From the NCBI GenBank assembly GCA_964016885.1, contig OZ024741.1:25358001-25422000 (forward strand): a DNA stretch of 64,000 nucleotides. Reading direction: 5' to 3'. Shown one piece after another: positions 14,701 through 29,343 of this stretch. Every line of letters begins with the position of its first letter. Within the stretch, counting starts at the first letter, position 1. The stretch comes from Eledone cirrhosa (lineage: Eukaryota). Under the pieces are notes generated by a model. The model was not told where the DNA came from. It saw nothing but the letters and a program-made list of their open reading frames with translations, and did no database searches. Position numbers and translations under genes: made by a program.

Positions 14701-17700
14701 AGTTCAATGATATCAACTGAGACAATATATAGAGTTCAATGATATCAACTGAGACAATATATAGAGTTCAATGATATCAACTGAGACAATATATAGAGTT
14801 CAATGATATCAACTGAGACAGTATATACAGTTCAATGATATCATCTGAAACAATATATAGAGTTCAATGATATCAATTGAGACAGTATATACGGTTCAAT
14901 GATATCAACTGAGACAGTATATACAGTTCAATGATATCAACTGAGACAGTATATAGAGTTCAATGATATCAACTGAGACAGTATATAGAGTTCAATGATA
15001 TCAACTGAGACAGTATATAGAGTTCAATGATACCAACTGAGACAATATATAGAGTTCAATGATATCAACTGAGACAATATATAGAGTTCAATGATATCAA
15101 CTGAGACAGTATATAGAGTTCAATGATATCAACTGAGACAATATATAGAGTTCAATGATATCAACTGAGACAATATATAGAGTTCAATGATATCAACTGA
15201 GACAGTATATAGAGTTCAATGATATCAACTGAGACAATATATAGAGTTCAATATCAATTAAGACAGTATATAGAGTTCAATAATATCAACTGAGACAGTA
15301 TATACAGTTCAATGATATCAACTGAGACAGTATATAGAGTTCAATGATATCAACTGAGACAATATATACAGTTCAATGATTATCAACTGAGACAATATAT
15401 ACAGTTCAATGATATCAACTGATACAATATATACAGTTCAATGATATCAACTGAGACAATATATAGAGTTCAATGATATCAACTGAGACAGTATATACAG
15501 TTCAATGATATCAATTGAGACAGTATATACAGTTCAATGATATCAACTGAGACAGTATATAGAGTTCAATGATATCAACTGAGACAATATATAGAGTTCA
15601 ATGATATCGATTGAGACAGTATATACAGTTGAATGATATCAACTGAGACAGTATATACAGTTCAATGATATCAACTGAGACAGTATATAGAGTTCAATGA
15701 TATCAACTGAGACAGTAAATAGAGTTCAATGATATCAACTGAGACAGTATATAGAGTTCAATGATATCAACTGAGACAGTATATACAGTTCAATGATATC
15801 AACTGAAACAGTATATAGAGTTTAATGATATCAACTGAGACAGTATATAGAGTTCAATGATATCAACTGAGACAGTATATACAGTTCAATGATATCAACT
15901 GAGACAATATATAGAGTTCAATATCAACTGAGACAATATACAGAGTTCAATGATATCAACTGAGACAGTATATACGGTTCAATGATATCAACTGAGACAG
16001 TATATACAGTTCAATGATATCAACTGAGACAGTATATAGAGTTCAATGATATCAACTGAGACAATATATACAGTTCAATGATATCAACTGAGACAGTATA
16101 TAGAGTTCAATGATATCAACTGAAACAGTATATACAGTTCAATGATATCAACTGAGACAATATATAGAGTTCAATGATATCAACTGAGGCAGTATATAGA
16201 GTTCAATGATATCAACTGAGACAATATATAGAGTTCAATGATATCAACTGAGACAATATATAGAGTTCAATGATATCAACTGAGATAGTATATACAGTTC
16301 AATGATATCAACTGAGACAATATATACAGTTCAATGATATCAACTGAGACAGTATATAGAGTTCAATGATATCAACTGAGACAATATATAGAGTTCAATG
16401 ATATCAACTGAGACAATATATAGAGTTCAATGATATCAACTGAGACAATATATAGAGTTCAATGATATCAACTGAGACAGTATATACAGTCCAATGATAT
16501 CTGAAACAATATATAGAGTTCAATGATATCAATTGAGACAGTATATACGGTTCAATGATATCAACTGAGACAGTATATACAGTTCAATGATATCAACTGA
16601 GACAGTATATAGAGTTCAATGATATCAACTGAGACAGTATAAAGAGTTCAATGATATCAACTGAGACAGTATATAGAGTTCAATGATACCAACTGAGACA
16701 ATATATAGAGTTCAATGATATCAACTGAGACAATATATAGAGTTCAATGATATCAACTGAGACAGTATATAGAGTTCAATGATATCAACTGAGACAATAT
16801 ATAGAGTTCAATGATATCAACTGAGACAATATATAGAGTTCAATGATATCAACTGAGTCAGTATATAGAGTTCAATGATATCAACTGAGACAATATATAG
16901 AGTTCAATATCAATTAAGACAGTATATAGAGTTCAATAATATCAACTGAGACAGTATATACAGTTCAATGATATCAACTGAGACAGTATATAGAGTTCAA
17001 TGATATCAACTGAGACAATATATACAGTTCAATGATTATCAACTGAGACAATATATACAGTTCAATGATATCAACTGATACAATATATACAGTTCAATGA
17101 TATCAACTGAGACAATATATAGAGTTCAATGATATCAACTGAGACAGTATATACAGTTCAATGATATCAATTGAGACAGTATATACAGTTCAATGATATC
17201 AACTGAGACAGTATATACAGTTCAATGATATCAACTGAGACAATATATAGAGTTCAATGATATCAATTGAGACAGTATATACAGTTGAATGATATCAACT
17301 GAGACAGTATATACAGTTCAATGATATCAACTGAGACAATATATAGAGTTCAATGATATCAACTGAGACAATATATACAGTTCAATGATTATCAACTGAG
17401 ACAATATATACAGTTCAATGATATCAACTGAGACAGTATATAGAGTTCAATGATATCAACTGAGACAGTATATACAGTTCAATGATATCAACTGAAACAG
17501 TATATAGAGTTTAATGATATCAACTGAGACAGTATATAGAGTTCAATGATATCAACTGAGACAGTATATACAGTTCAATGATATCAACTGAGACAATATA
17601 TAGAGTTCAATATCAACTGAGACAATATATAGAGTTCAATATCAACTGAGACAATATATAGAGTTCAATGATATCAACTGAGACAGTATATACGGTTCAA

Positions 17701-20700
17701 TGATATCAACTGAGACAGTATATACAGTTCAATGATATCAACTGAGACAGTATATAGAGTTCAATGATATCAACTGAGACAATATATAGAGTTCAATGAT
17801 ATCAACTGAGACAGTATATAGAGTTCAATGATATCAACTGAAACAGTATATACAGTTCAATGATATCAACTGAGACAGTATATACAGTTCAATGATATCA
17901 ACTGAGACAATATATAGAGTTCAATGATATCAACTGAGGCAGTATATAGAGTTCAATGATATCAACTGAGACAATATATAGAGTTCAATGATATCAACTG
18001 AGACAATATATAGAGTTCAATGATATCAACTGAGATAGTATATACAGTTCAATGATATCAACTGAGACAATATATACAGTTCAATGATATCAACTGAGAC
18101 AGTATATAGAGTTCAATGATATCAAATGAGACAATATATAGAGTTCAATGATATCAACTGAGACAATATATAGAGTTCAATGATATCAACTGAGACAATA
18201 TATAGAGTTCAATGATATCAACTGAGACAGTATATACAGTCCAATGATATCATCTGAAACAATATATAGAGTTCAATGATATCAATTGAGACAGTATATA
18301 CAGTTCAATGATATCAACTGAGACAATATATACAGTTCAATGATATCAACTGAGACAGTATATACAGTTCAATGATATCAACTGAGACAGTATATAGAGT
18401 TCAATGATATCAACTGAGACAGTATAAAGAGTTCAATGATATCAACTGAGACAGTATATAGAGTTCAATGATACCAACTGAGACAATATATAGAGTTCAA
18501 TGATATCAACTGAGACAATATATAGAGTTCAATGATATCAACTGAGACAGTATATAGAGTTCAATGATATCAACTGAGACAATATATAGAGTTCAATGAT
18601 ATCAACTGAGACAATATATAGAGTTCAATGATATCAACTGAGTCAGTATATAGAGTTCAATGATATCAACTGAGACAATATATAGAGTTCAATATCAATT
18701 AAGACAGTATATAGAGTTCAATAATATCAACTGAGACAGTATATACAGTTCAATGATATCAACTGAGACAGTATATAGAGTTCAATGATATCAACTGAGA
18801 CAATATATACAGTTCAATGATATCAACTGATACAATATATACAGTTCAATGATATCAACTGAGACAATATATAGAGTTCAATGATATCAACTGAGACAGT
18901 ATATACAGTTCAATGATATCAATTGAGACAGTATATACAGTTCAATGATATCAACTGAGACAGTATATACAGTTCAATGATATCAACTGAGACAATATAT
19001 AGAGATCAATGATATCAACTGAAACAGTATATAGAGTTCAATGATATCAACTGAGACAATATATAGAGTTCAATGATATCAACTGAGACAATATATAGAG
19101 TTCAATGATATCAATTAAGACAGTATATAGAGTTCAATGATATCTACTGAGACAATATATAGAGTTCAATGATATCAACTGAGACAGTATATAGAGTTCA
19201 ATGATATCAACTGAGGCAGTATATAGAGTTCAATGATATCAACTGAGACAATATATAGAGTTCAATGATATCAACTGAGACAGTATATAGAGTTCAATGA
19301 TATCAACTGAGACAATATATAGAGTTCAATGATATCAACTGAGACCTTATATAGAGTTCAATGATATCAACTGAGACAATATATAGAGTTCAATAATATC
19401 AACTGAAACAGTATATACAGTTCAATGATATCAACTGAGACAATATATAGAGTTCAATATCAACTGAGACAATATATACAGTTCAATGATATCAACTGAG
19501 ACAGTATATAGAGTTCAATGATATCAACTGAGACAATATATAGAGTTCAATGATATCAACTGAGACAATATATAGAGTTCAATATCAACTGAGACAGTAT
19601 ATAGAGTTCAATGATATCAACTGAGACGATATATAGAGTTCAATATCAACTGAGACAGTATATACAGTTCAATGATATCAACTGAGACAATATATAGAGT
19701 TCAATGATATCAACTGAGACAGTATATACAGTTCAATATCAACTGAGACAATAAATAGCGTTCAATATCAACTGAGACAATATATAGAGTTCAATGATAT
19801 CAACTGAGACAATATATAGAGTTCAATATCAACTGAGACAGTATATAGAGTTCAATGATTTCAACTGAGACAATATATAGAGTTCAATGATATCAACTGA
19901 AACAGTGTATAGAGTTCAATGATATCAACTCAGACAGTATATAGAGTTCAATGATATCAACTGAGACAGTATATACAGTTCAATGATATCAACTGAGACA
20001 GTATATAGAGTTCAATGATATCAACTGAGACAATATATACAGTTCAATGATATCAACTGAGACAGTATATAGAGTTCAATGATATCAACTGAAACAGTAT
20101 ATACAGTTCAATGATATCAACTGAGACAGTATATACAGTTCAATGATATCAACTGAGACAATATATAGAGTTCAATGATATCAACTGAGGCAGTATATAG
20201 AGTTCAATGATATCAACTGAGACAATATATAGAGTTCAATGATATCAACTGAGACAATATATAGAGTTCAATGATATCAACTGAGATAGTATATACAGTT
20301 CAATGATATCAACTGAGACAATATATACAGTTCAATGATATCTACTGAGACAGTATATAGAGTTCAATGATATCAACTGAGACAATATATAGAGTTCAAT
20401 GATATCAACCGAGACAATATATAGAGTTCAATGATATCAACTGAGACAATATATAGAGTTCAATGATATCAACTGAGACAGTATATACAGTTCAATGATA
20501 TCATCTGAAACAATATATAGAGTTCAATGATATCAATTGAGACAGTATATACGGTTCAATGATATCAACTGAGACAGTATATACAGTTCAATGATATCAA
20601 CTGAGACAGTATATAGAGTTCAATGATATCAACTGAGACAGTATATAGAGTTCAATGATATCAACTGAGACAGTATATAGAGTTCAATGATACCAACTGA

Positions 20701-23700
20701 GACAATATATAGAGTTCAATGATATCAACTGAGACAATATATAGAGTTCAATGATATCAACTGAGACAGTATATAGAGTTCAATGATATCAACTGAGACA
20801 ATATATAGAGTTCAATATCAATTAAGACAGTATATCGAGTTCAATAATATCAACTGAGACAGTATATACAGTTCAATGATATCAACTGAGACAGTATATA
20901 GAGTTCAATGATATCAACTGAGACAATATATACAGTTCAATGATTATCAACTGAGACAATATATACAGTTCAATGATATCAACTGATACAATATATACAG
21001 TTCAATGATATCAACTGAGACAATATATAGAGTTCAATGATATCAACTGAGACAGTATATACAGTTCAATGATATCAATTGAGACAGTATATACAGTTCA
21101 ATGATATCAACTGAGACAGTATATAGAGTTCAATGATATCAACTGAGACAATATATAGAGTTCAATGATATCGATTGAGACAGTATATACAGTTGAATGA
21201 TATCAACTGAGACAGTATATACAGTTCAATGATATCAACTGAGACAGTATATAGAGTTCAATGATATCAACTGAGACAGTAAATAGAGTTCAATGATATC
21301 AACTGAGACAGTATATAGAGTTCAATGATATCAACTGAGACAGTATATACAGTTCAATGATATCAACTGAAACAGTATATAGAGTTTAATGATATATAGA
21401 GTTCAATGATATCAACTGAGACAGTATATACAGTTCAATGATATCAACTGAGACAATATATAGAGTTCAATATCAACTGAGACAATATATAGAGTTCAAT
21501 GATATCAACTGAGACAGTATATACGGTTCAATGATATCAACTAAGACAGTATATACAGTTCAATGATATCAACTGAGACAGTATATAGAGTTCAATGATA
21601 TCAACTGAGACAATATATACAGTTCAATGATATCAACTGAGACAGTATATAGAGTTCAATGATATCAACTGAAACAGTATATACAGTTCAATGATATCAA
21701 CTGAGACAGTATATAGAGTTCAATGATATCAACTGAGACAATATATACAGTTCAATGATTATCAACTGAGACAATATATACAGTTCAATGATATCAACTG
21801 ATACAATATATACAGTTCAATGATATCAACTGAGACAATATATAGAGTTCAATGATATCAACTGAGACAGTATATACAGTTCAATGATATCAATTGAGAC
21901 AGTATATACAGTTCAATGATATCAACTGAGACAGTATATACAGTTCAATGATATCAATTAAGACAGTATATAGAGTTCAATGATATCTACTGAGACAATA
22001 TATAGAGTTCAATGATATCAACTGAGACAGTATATAGAGTTCAATGATATCAACTGAGGCAGTATATAGAGTTCAATGATATCAACTGAGACAATATATA
22101 GAGTTCAATGATATCAACTGAGACAGTATATAGAGTTCAATGATATCAACTGAGACAATATATAGAGTTCAATGATATCAACTGAGACCTTATATAGAGT
22201 TCAATGATATCAACTGAGACAATATATAGAGTTCAATGATATCAACTGAGACAATATATAGAGTTCGATATCAACTGAGACAGTATATAGAGTTCAATGA
22301 TATCAACTGAGACAATATATAGAGTTCAATATCAACTGAGACAATATATACAGTTCAATGATATCAACTGAGACAGTATATAGAGTTCAATGATATCAAC
22401 TGAGACAATATATAGAGTTCAATGATATCAACTGAGACAATATATAGAGTTCGATATCAACTGAGACAGTATATAGAGTTCAATGATATCAACTGAGACA
22501 ATATATAGAGTTCAATATCAACTGAGACAGTATATACAGTTCAATGATATCAACTGAGACAATATATAGAGTTCAATGATATCAACTGAGACAGTATATA
22601 CAGTTCAATATCAACTGAGACAATAAATAGCGTTCAATATCAACTGAGACAATATATACAGTTCAATGATATTAACTGAGACAGTATATAGAGTTCATTG
22701 ATATCAACTGAGACAATATATAGAGTTCAATGATATCAACTGAGACAATATATAGAGTTCAATATCAACTGAGACAGTATATAGAGTTCAATGATATCAA
22801 CTGACAGTATATACAGTTCAATGATATCAACTGAAACAGTGTATAGAGTTCAATGATATCAACTCAGACAGTATATAGAGTTCAATGATATCAACTCAGA
22901 CAGTATATAGAGTTCAATGATATCAACTGAGACAGTATATACAGTTCAATGATATCAACTGAGACAATATATAGAGTTCAATGATATCAACTGAGACAGT
23001 ATATAGAGTTCAATGATATCAACTGAGACAGTATATAGAGTTCAATGATATCAACTGAGACAATATATAGAGTTTAATATCAACTGAGACAATATATACA
23101 GTTCAATGATATCAACTGAGACAGTATATAGAGTTCAATGATATCAAGTGAGACAGTATATACAGTTCAATGATATCAACTGAAACAGTATATAGAGTTC
23201 AATGATATCAACTGAGACAGTATATAGAGTTCAATGATATCAACTGAGACAATATATAGAGTTCAATATCAACTGAGACAATATATACAGTTCAATGATA
23301 TCAACTGAGAGAGTATATGGAGTTCAATGATATCAACTGAGACAATATATAGAGTTCAATGATATCAACTGAGACAGTATATACAGTTCAATGATATCAA
23401 CTGAGACAGTATATAGAGTTCAATGATATCAACTGAGACGGTATATACAGTTCAATGATATCAACTGAGACAGTATATAGAGTTCAATGATATCAACTGA
23501 GACAGTATATACAGTTCAATGATATCAACTGAGACAGTATATAGAGTACAATGATATCAACTGAGGCAGTATATAGAGTTCAATGATATCAACTGAGACA
23601 ATATATACAGTTCAATGATATCAACTGAGACAGTATATAGAGTTCAATGATATCAACTGAGACAATATATAGAGTTCAATGATATCAACTGAGGCAGTAT

Positions 23701-26700
23701 ATAGAGTTCAATGAAATCAACTGAGATAATATATAGAGTTCAATGATATCAACTGAGACAATATATAGAGTTCAATGATATCAACTGAGACAGTATATAC
23801 AGTTCAATGATATCAACTGAGACAGTATATAGAGTTCAATGATATCAACTGAGACAGTATATACAGTTCAATGATATCAACTGAGACAGTATATACAGTT
23901 CAATGATATCAACTGAGACAGTATATAGAGTTCAATGATATCAACTGAGACAGTATATAATTGTTCAATGATATCAACTGAGACAGTATATAGAGTTCAA
24001 TATTATCAACTGAGACAATATATACAGTTCAATGATATCAACTGAGACAGTATATAGAGTTCAATGATATCAACTGAGACAGTATATACAGTTCAATGAT
24101 ATCAACTGAGACAGTATATACAGTTCAATGATATCAACTGAGACAATATATAGAGTTCAATGATATCAACTGAGGCAGTATATACAGTTCAATGATATCA
24201 ACTGAGACGATATATAGAGTTCAATGATATCAACTGAGATAGTATATACAGTTCAATGATATCAACTGAGACAATATATAGAGTTCAATGATATCAACTG
24301 AAACAGTATATACAGTTCAATGATATCAACTGAGACAGTATATAGAGTTCAATGATATCAACTGAGACAATATATAGAGTTCAATGATATCAACTGAGAC
24401 AATATATAGAGTTCAATGATATCAACTGAGACAATATATAGAGTTCAATGATATCAACTGAGACAGTATATACAGTTCAATGATATCAACTGAGACAATA
24501 TATAGAGTTCAATGATATCGATTGAGACAGTATATACAGTTGAATGATATCAACTGAGACAGTATATACAGTTCAATGATATCAACTGAGACAGTATATA
24601 GAGTTCAATGATATCAACTGAGACAGTAAATAGAGTTCAATGATATCAACTGAGACAGTATATAGAGTTCAATGATATCAACTGAGACAGTATATACAGT
24701 TCAATGATATCAACTGAAACAGTATATAGAGTTTAATGATATCAACTGAGACAGTATATAGAGTTCAATGATATCAACTGAGACAGTATATACAGTTCAA
24801 TGATATCAACTGAGACAATATATAGAGTTCAATATCAACTGAGACAATATATAGAGTTCAATGATATCAACTGAGACAGTATATACAGTTCAATGATATC
24901 ATCTGAAACAATATATAGAGTTCAATGATATCAATTGAGACAGTATATACGGTTCAATGATATCAACTGAGACAGTATATACAGTTCAATGATATCAACT
25001 GAGACAGTATATAGAGTTCAATGATATCAACTGAGACAATATATACAGTTCAATGATATCAACTGAGACAGTATATAGAGTTCAATGATATCAACTGAAA
25101 CAGTATATACAGTTCAATGATATCAACTGAGACAGTATATACAGTTCAATGATATCAACTGAGACAATATATAGAGTTCAATGATATCAACTGAGACAAT
25201 ATATAGAGTTCAATGATATCAACTGAGATAGTATATACAGTTCAATGATATCAACTGAGACAATATATACAGTTCAATGATATCAACTGAGACAGTATAT
25301 AGAGTTCAATGATATCAACTGAGACAATATATAGAGTTCAATGATATCAACTGAGACAATATATAGAGTTCAATGATATCAACTGAGACAATATATAGAG
25401 TTCAATGATATCAACTGAGACAGTATATACAGTTCAATGATATCATCTGAAACAATATATAGAGTTCAATGATATCAATTGAGACAGTATATACGGTTCA
25501 ATGATATCAACTGAGACAGTATATACAGTTCAATGATATCAACTGAGACAGTATATAGAGTTCAATGATATCAACTGAGACAGTATATAGAGTTCAATGA
25601 TATCAACTGAGACAGTATATAGAGTTCAATGATACCAACTGAGACAATATATAGAGTTCAATGATATCAACTGAGACAATATATAGAGTTCAATGATATC
25701 AACTGAGACAGTATATAGAGTTCAATGATATCAACTGAGACAATATATAGAGTTCAATGATATCAACTGAGACAATATATAGAGTTCAATGATATCAACT
25801 GAGACAGTATATAGAGTTCAATATCAACTGAGACAATATATAGAGTTCAATGATATCAACTGAGACAGTATATACGGTTCAATGATATCAACTAAGACAG
25901 TATATACAGTTCAATGATATCAACTGAGACAGTATATAGAGTTCAATGATATCAACTGAGACAATATATACAGTTCAATGATATCAACTGAGACAGTATA
26001 TAGAGTTCAATGATATCAACTGAAACAGTATATACAGTTCAATGATATCAACTGAGACAGTATATAGAGTTCAATGATATCAACTGAGACAATATATACA
26101 GTTCAATGATTATCAACTGAGACAATATATACAGTTCAATGATATCAACTGAGACAATATATAGAGTTCAATATCAACTAAGACAGTATATAGAGTTCAA
26201 TAATATCAACTGAGACAGTATATACAGTTCAATGATATCAACTGAGACAGTATATAGAGTTCAATGATATCAACTGAGACAATATATACAGTTCAATGAT
26301 TATCAACTGAGACAATATATACAGTTCAATGATATCAACTGATACAATATATACAGTTCAATGATATCAACTGAGACAATATATAGAGTTCAATGATATC
26401 AACTGAGACAGTATATACAGTTCAATGATATCAATTGAGACAGTATATACAGTTCAATGATATCAACTGAGACAGTATATACAGTTCAATGATATCAACT
26501 GAGACAATATATAGAGATCAATGATATCAACTGAAACAGTATATAGAGTTCAATGATATCAACTGAGACAATATATAGAGTTCAATGATATCAACTGAGA
26601 CAATATATAGAGTTCAATGATATCAATTAAGACAGTATATAGAGATCAATGATATCTACTGAGACAATATATAGAGTTCAATGATATCAACTGAGACAGT

Positions 26701-29053
26701 ATATAGAGTTCAATGATATCAACTGAGGCAGTATATAGAGTTCAATGATATCAACTGAGACAATATATAGAGTTCAATGATATCAACTGAGACAGTATAT
26801 ACAGTTCAATGATATCAACTGAGACAATATATAGAGTTCAATGATATCAACTGAGACCTTATATAGAGTTCAATGATATCAACTGAGACAATATATAGAG
26901 TTCAATGATATCAACTGAAACAGTATATACAGTTCAATGATATCAACTGAGACAATATATAGAGTTCAATATCAACTGAGACAATATATACAGTTCAATG
27001 ATATCAACTGAGACAGTATATAGAGTTCAATGATATCAACTGAGAAAATATATAGAGTTCAATGATATCAACTGAGACAATATATAGAGTTCAATATCAA
27101 CTGAGACAGTATATAGAGTTCAATGATATCAACTGAGACAATATATAGAGTTCAATATCAACTGAGACAGTATATACAGTTCAATGATATCAACTGAGAC
27201 AATATATAGAGTTCAATGATATCAACTGAGACAGTATATACAGTTCAATATCAACTGAGACAATAAATAGCGTTCAATATCAACTGAGACAATATATACA
27301 GTTCAATGATATTAACTGAGACAGTATATAGAGTTCATTGATATCAACTGAGACAATATATAGAGTTCAATGATATCAACTGAGACAATATATAGAGTTC
27401 AATATCAACTGAGACAGTATATAGAGTTCAATGATATCAACTGAGACAATATATAGAGTTCAATGATATCAATTGAGACAGTATATAGAGTTCAATGATA
27501 TCAACTGAGACAGTATATAGAGTTCAATGATATCAACTGAGACAATATATAGAGTTCAATGATATCAACTGAGACAGTATATACAGTTCAATGACATCAA
27601 CTGAGACAATATATAGAGTTCAATATCAACTGAGACAATATATACAGTTCAATGATATCAACTGAGACAGTATATAGAGTTCAATGATACCAACTGAGAC
27701 AATATATAGAGTTCAATGATATCAACTGAGACAGTATATAGAGTTCAATGATATCAACTGAGACAATATATAGAGTTCAATGATATCAACTGAGACAATA
27801 TATAGAGTTCAATGATATCAACTGAGACAGTATATAGAGTTCAATGATATCAACTGAGACAATATATAGAGTTCAATGATATCAACTGAGACCTTATATA
27901 GAGTTCAATGATATCAACTGAGACAATATATAGAGTTCAATGATATCAACTCAGACAGTATATACAGTTCAATGATATCAACTGAGACAATATATAGAGT
28001 TCAATATCAACTGAGACAATATATACAGTTCAATGATATCAACTGATACAGTATATAGAGTTCACTGATATCAACTGAGACAATATATAGAGTTCAATGA
28101 TATCAACTGAGACAATATATAGAGTTCAATATCAACTGAGACAGTATATAGAGTTCAATGATATCAACTGAGACAATATATAGAGTTCAATATCAACTGA
28201 GACAGTATATACAGTTCAATATCAACTGAGACAATATATAGCGTTCAATATCAACTGAGACAGTATATAGCGTTCAATATCAACTGAGACAATATATACA
28301 GTTCAATGATATTAACCGAGACAGTATATAGAGTTCAATGATATCAACTGAGACAATATATAGAGTTCAATGATATCAACTGAGACAATATATAGAGTTC
28401 AATATCAACTGAGACAGTATATAGAGTTCAATGATATCAACTGAGACAATATATAGAGTTCAATGACATCAACTGAGACAATATATAGAGTTCAATATCA
28501 ACTGAGACAATATATACAGTTCAATGATATCAACTGAGACAGTATATAGAGTTCAATGATATCAACTGAGACAGTATATAGAGTTCAATGATATCAACTG
28601 AGACAGTATATAGAGTTCAATGATATCAACTGAGACAATATATACAGTTCAATGATATCAACTGAGACAGTATATAGAGTTCAATGATATCAACTGAGAC
28701 AGTATATAGAGTTCAATGATATCAACTGAGACAATATATAGAGTTCAATGATATCAACTGAGACAATATATAGAGTTCAATGATATCAACTGAGACAGTA
28801 TATAGAGTTCAATGATATCAACTGAGACAATATATAGAGTTCAATGATATCAACTGAGACCTTATATAGAGTTCAATGATATCAACTGAGACAATATATA
28901 GAGTTCAATGATATCAACTGAGACAGTATATACAGTTCAATGATATCAACTGAGACAATATATAGAGTTCAATATTAACTGAGACAGTATATACAGTTCA
29001 ATGATATCAACTGAGACAGTATATACAGTTCAATATCAACTGAGACAATATAT
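2781..29053. repeat. 32-bp satellite, left arm (consensus GATATCAACTGAGACA[G/A]TATATA[G/C]AGTTCAAT; 29-bp deletion variants)
   Basis: Uninterrupted head-to-tail monomers with no unique spacers; recurrent variant monomers define higher-order blocks. Confidence 0.98.
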
Positions 29054-29343
29054 CATCATCACCGTTTTACGTCCGTTCTTCCACGCTAGCATGGGTTAGA
29101 CGGGTTGTCCTGTTGTGGGCAGTGTCTGGTCGGCTGACCCTGCCTTGCTCATACAGGAACTGATCTGGCTTGATTTCTACAGCTGGATGCCCTTCCTAAC
29201 ACCAACCTCATTTACAGTGAGTGCTGGGTGCTTTTTCGTGGCGCCTACACGTCCACTTTACAGTGTGGGCTGGGTGCTTTTTTGCCGTGGCACCTCCACG
29301 ACCACCTTGCGGTGGGGGGGGGGGGGCATATTGTTTATATGCT

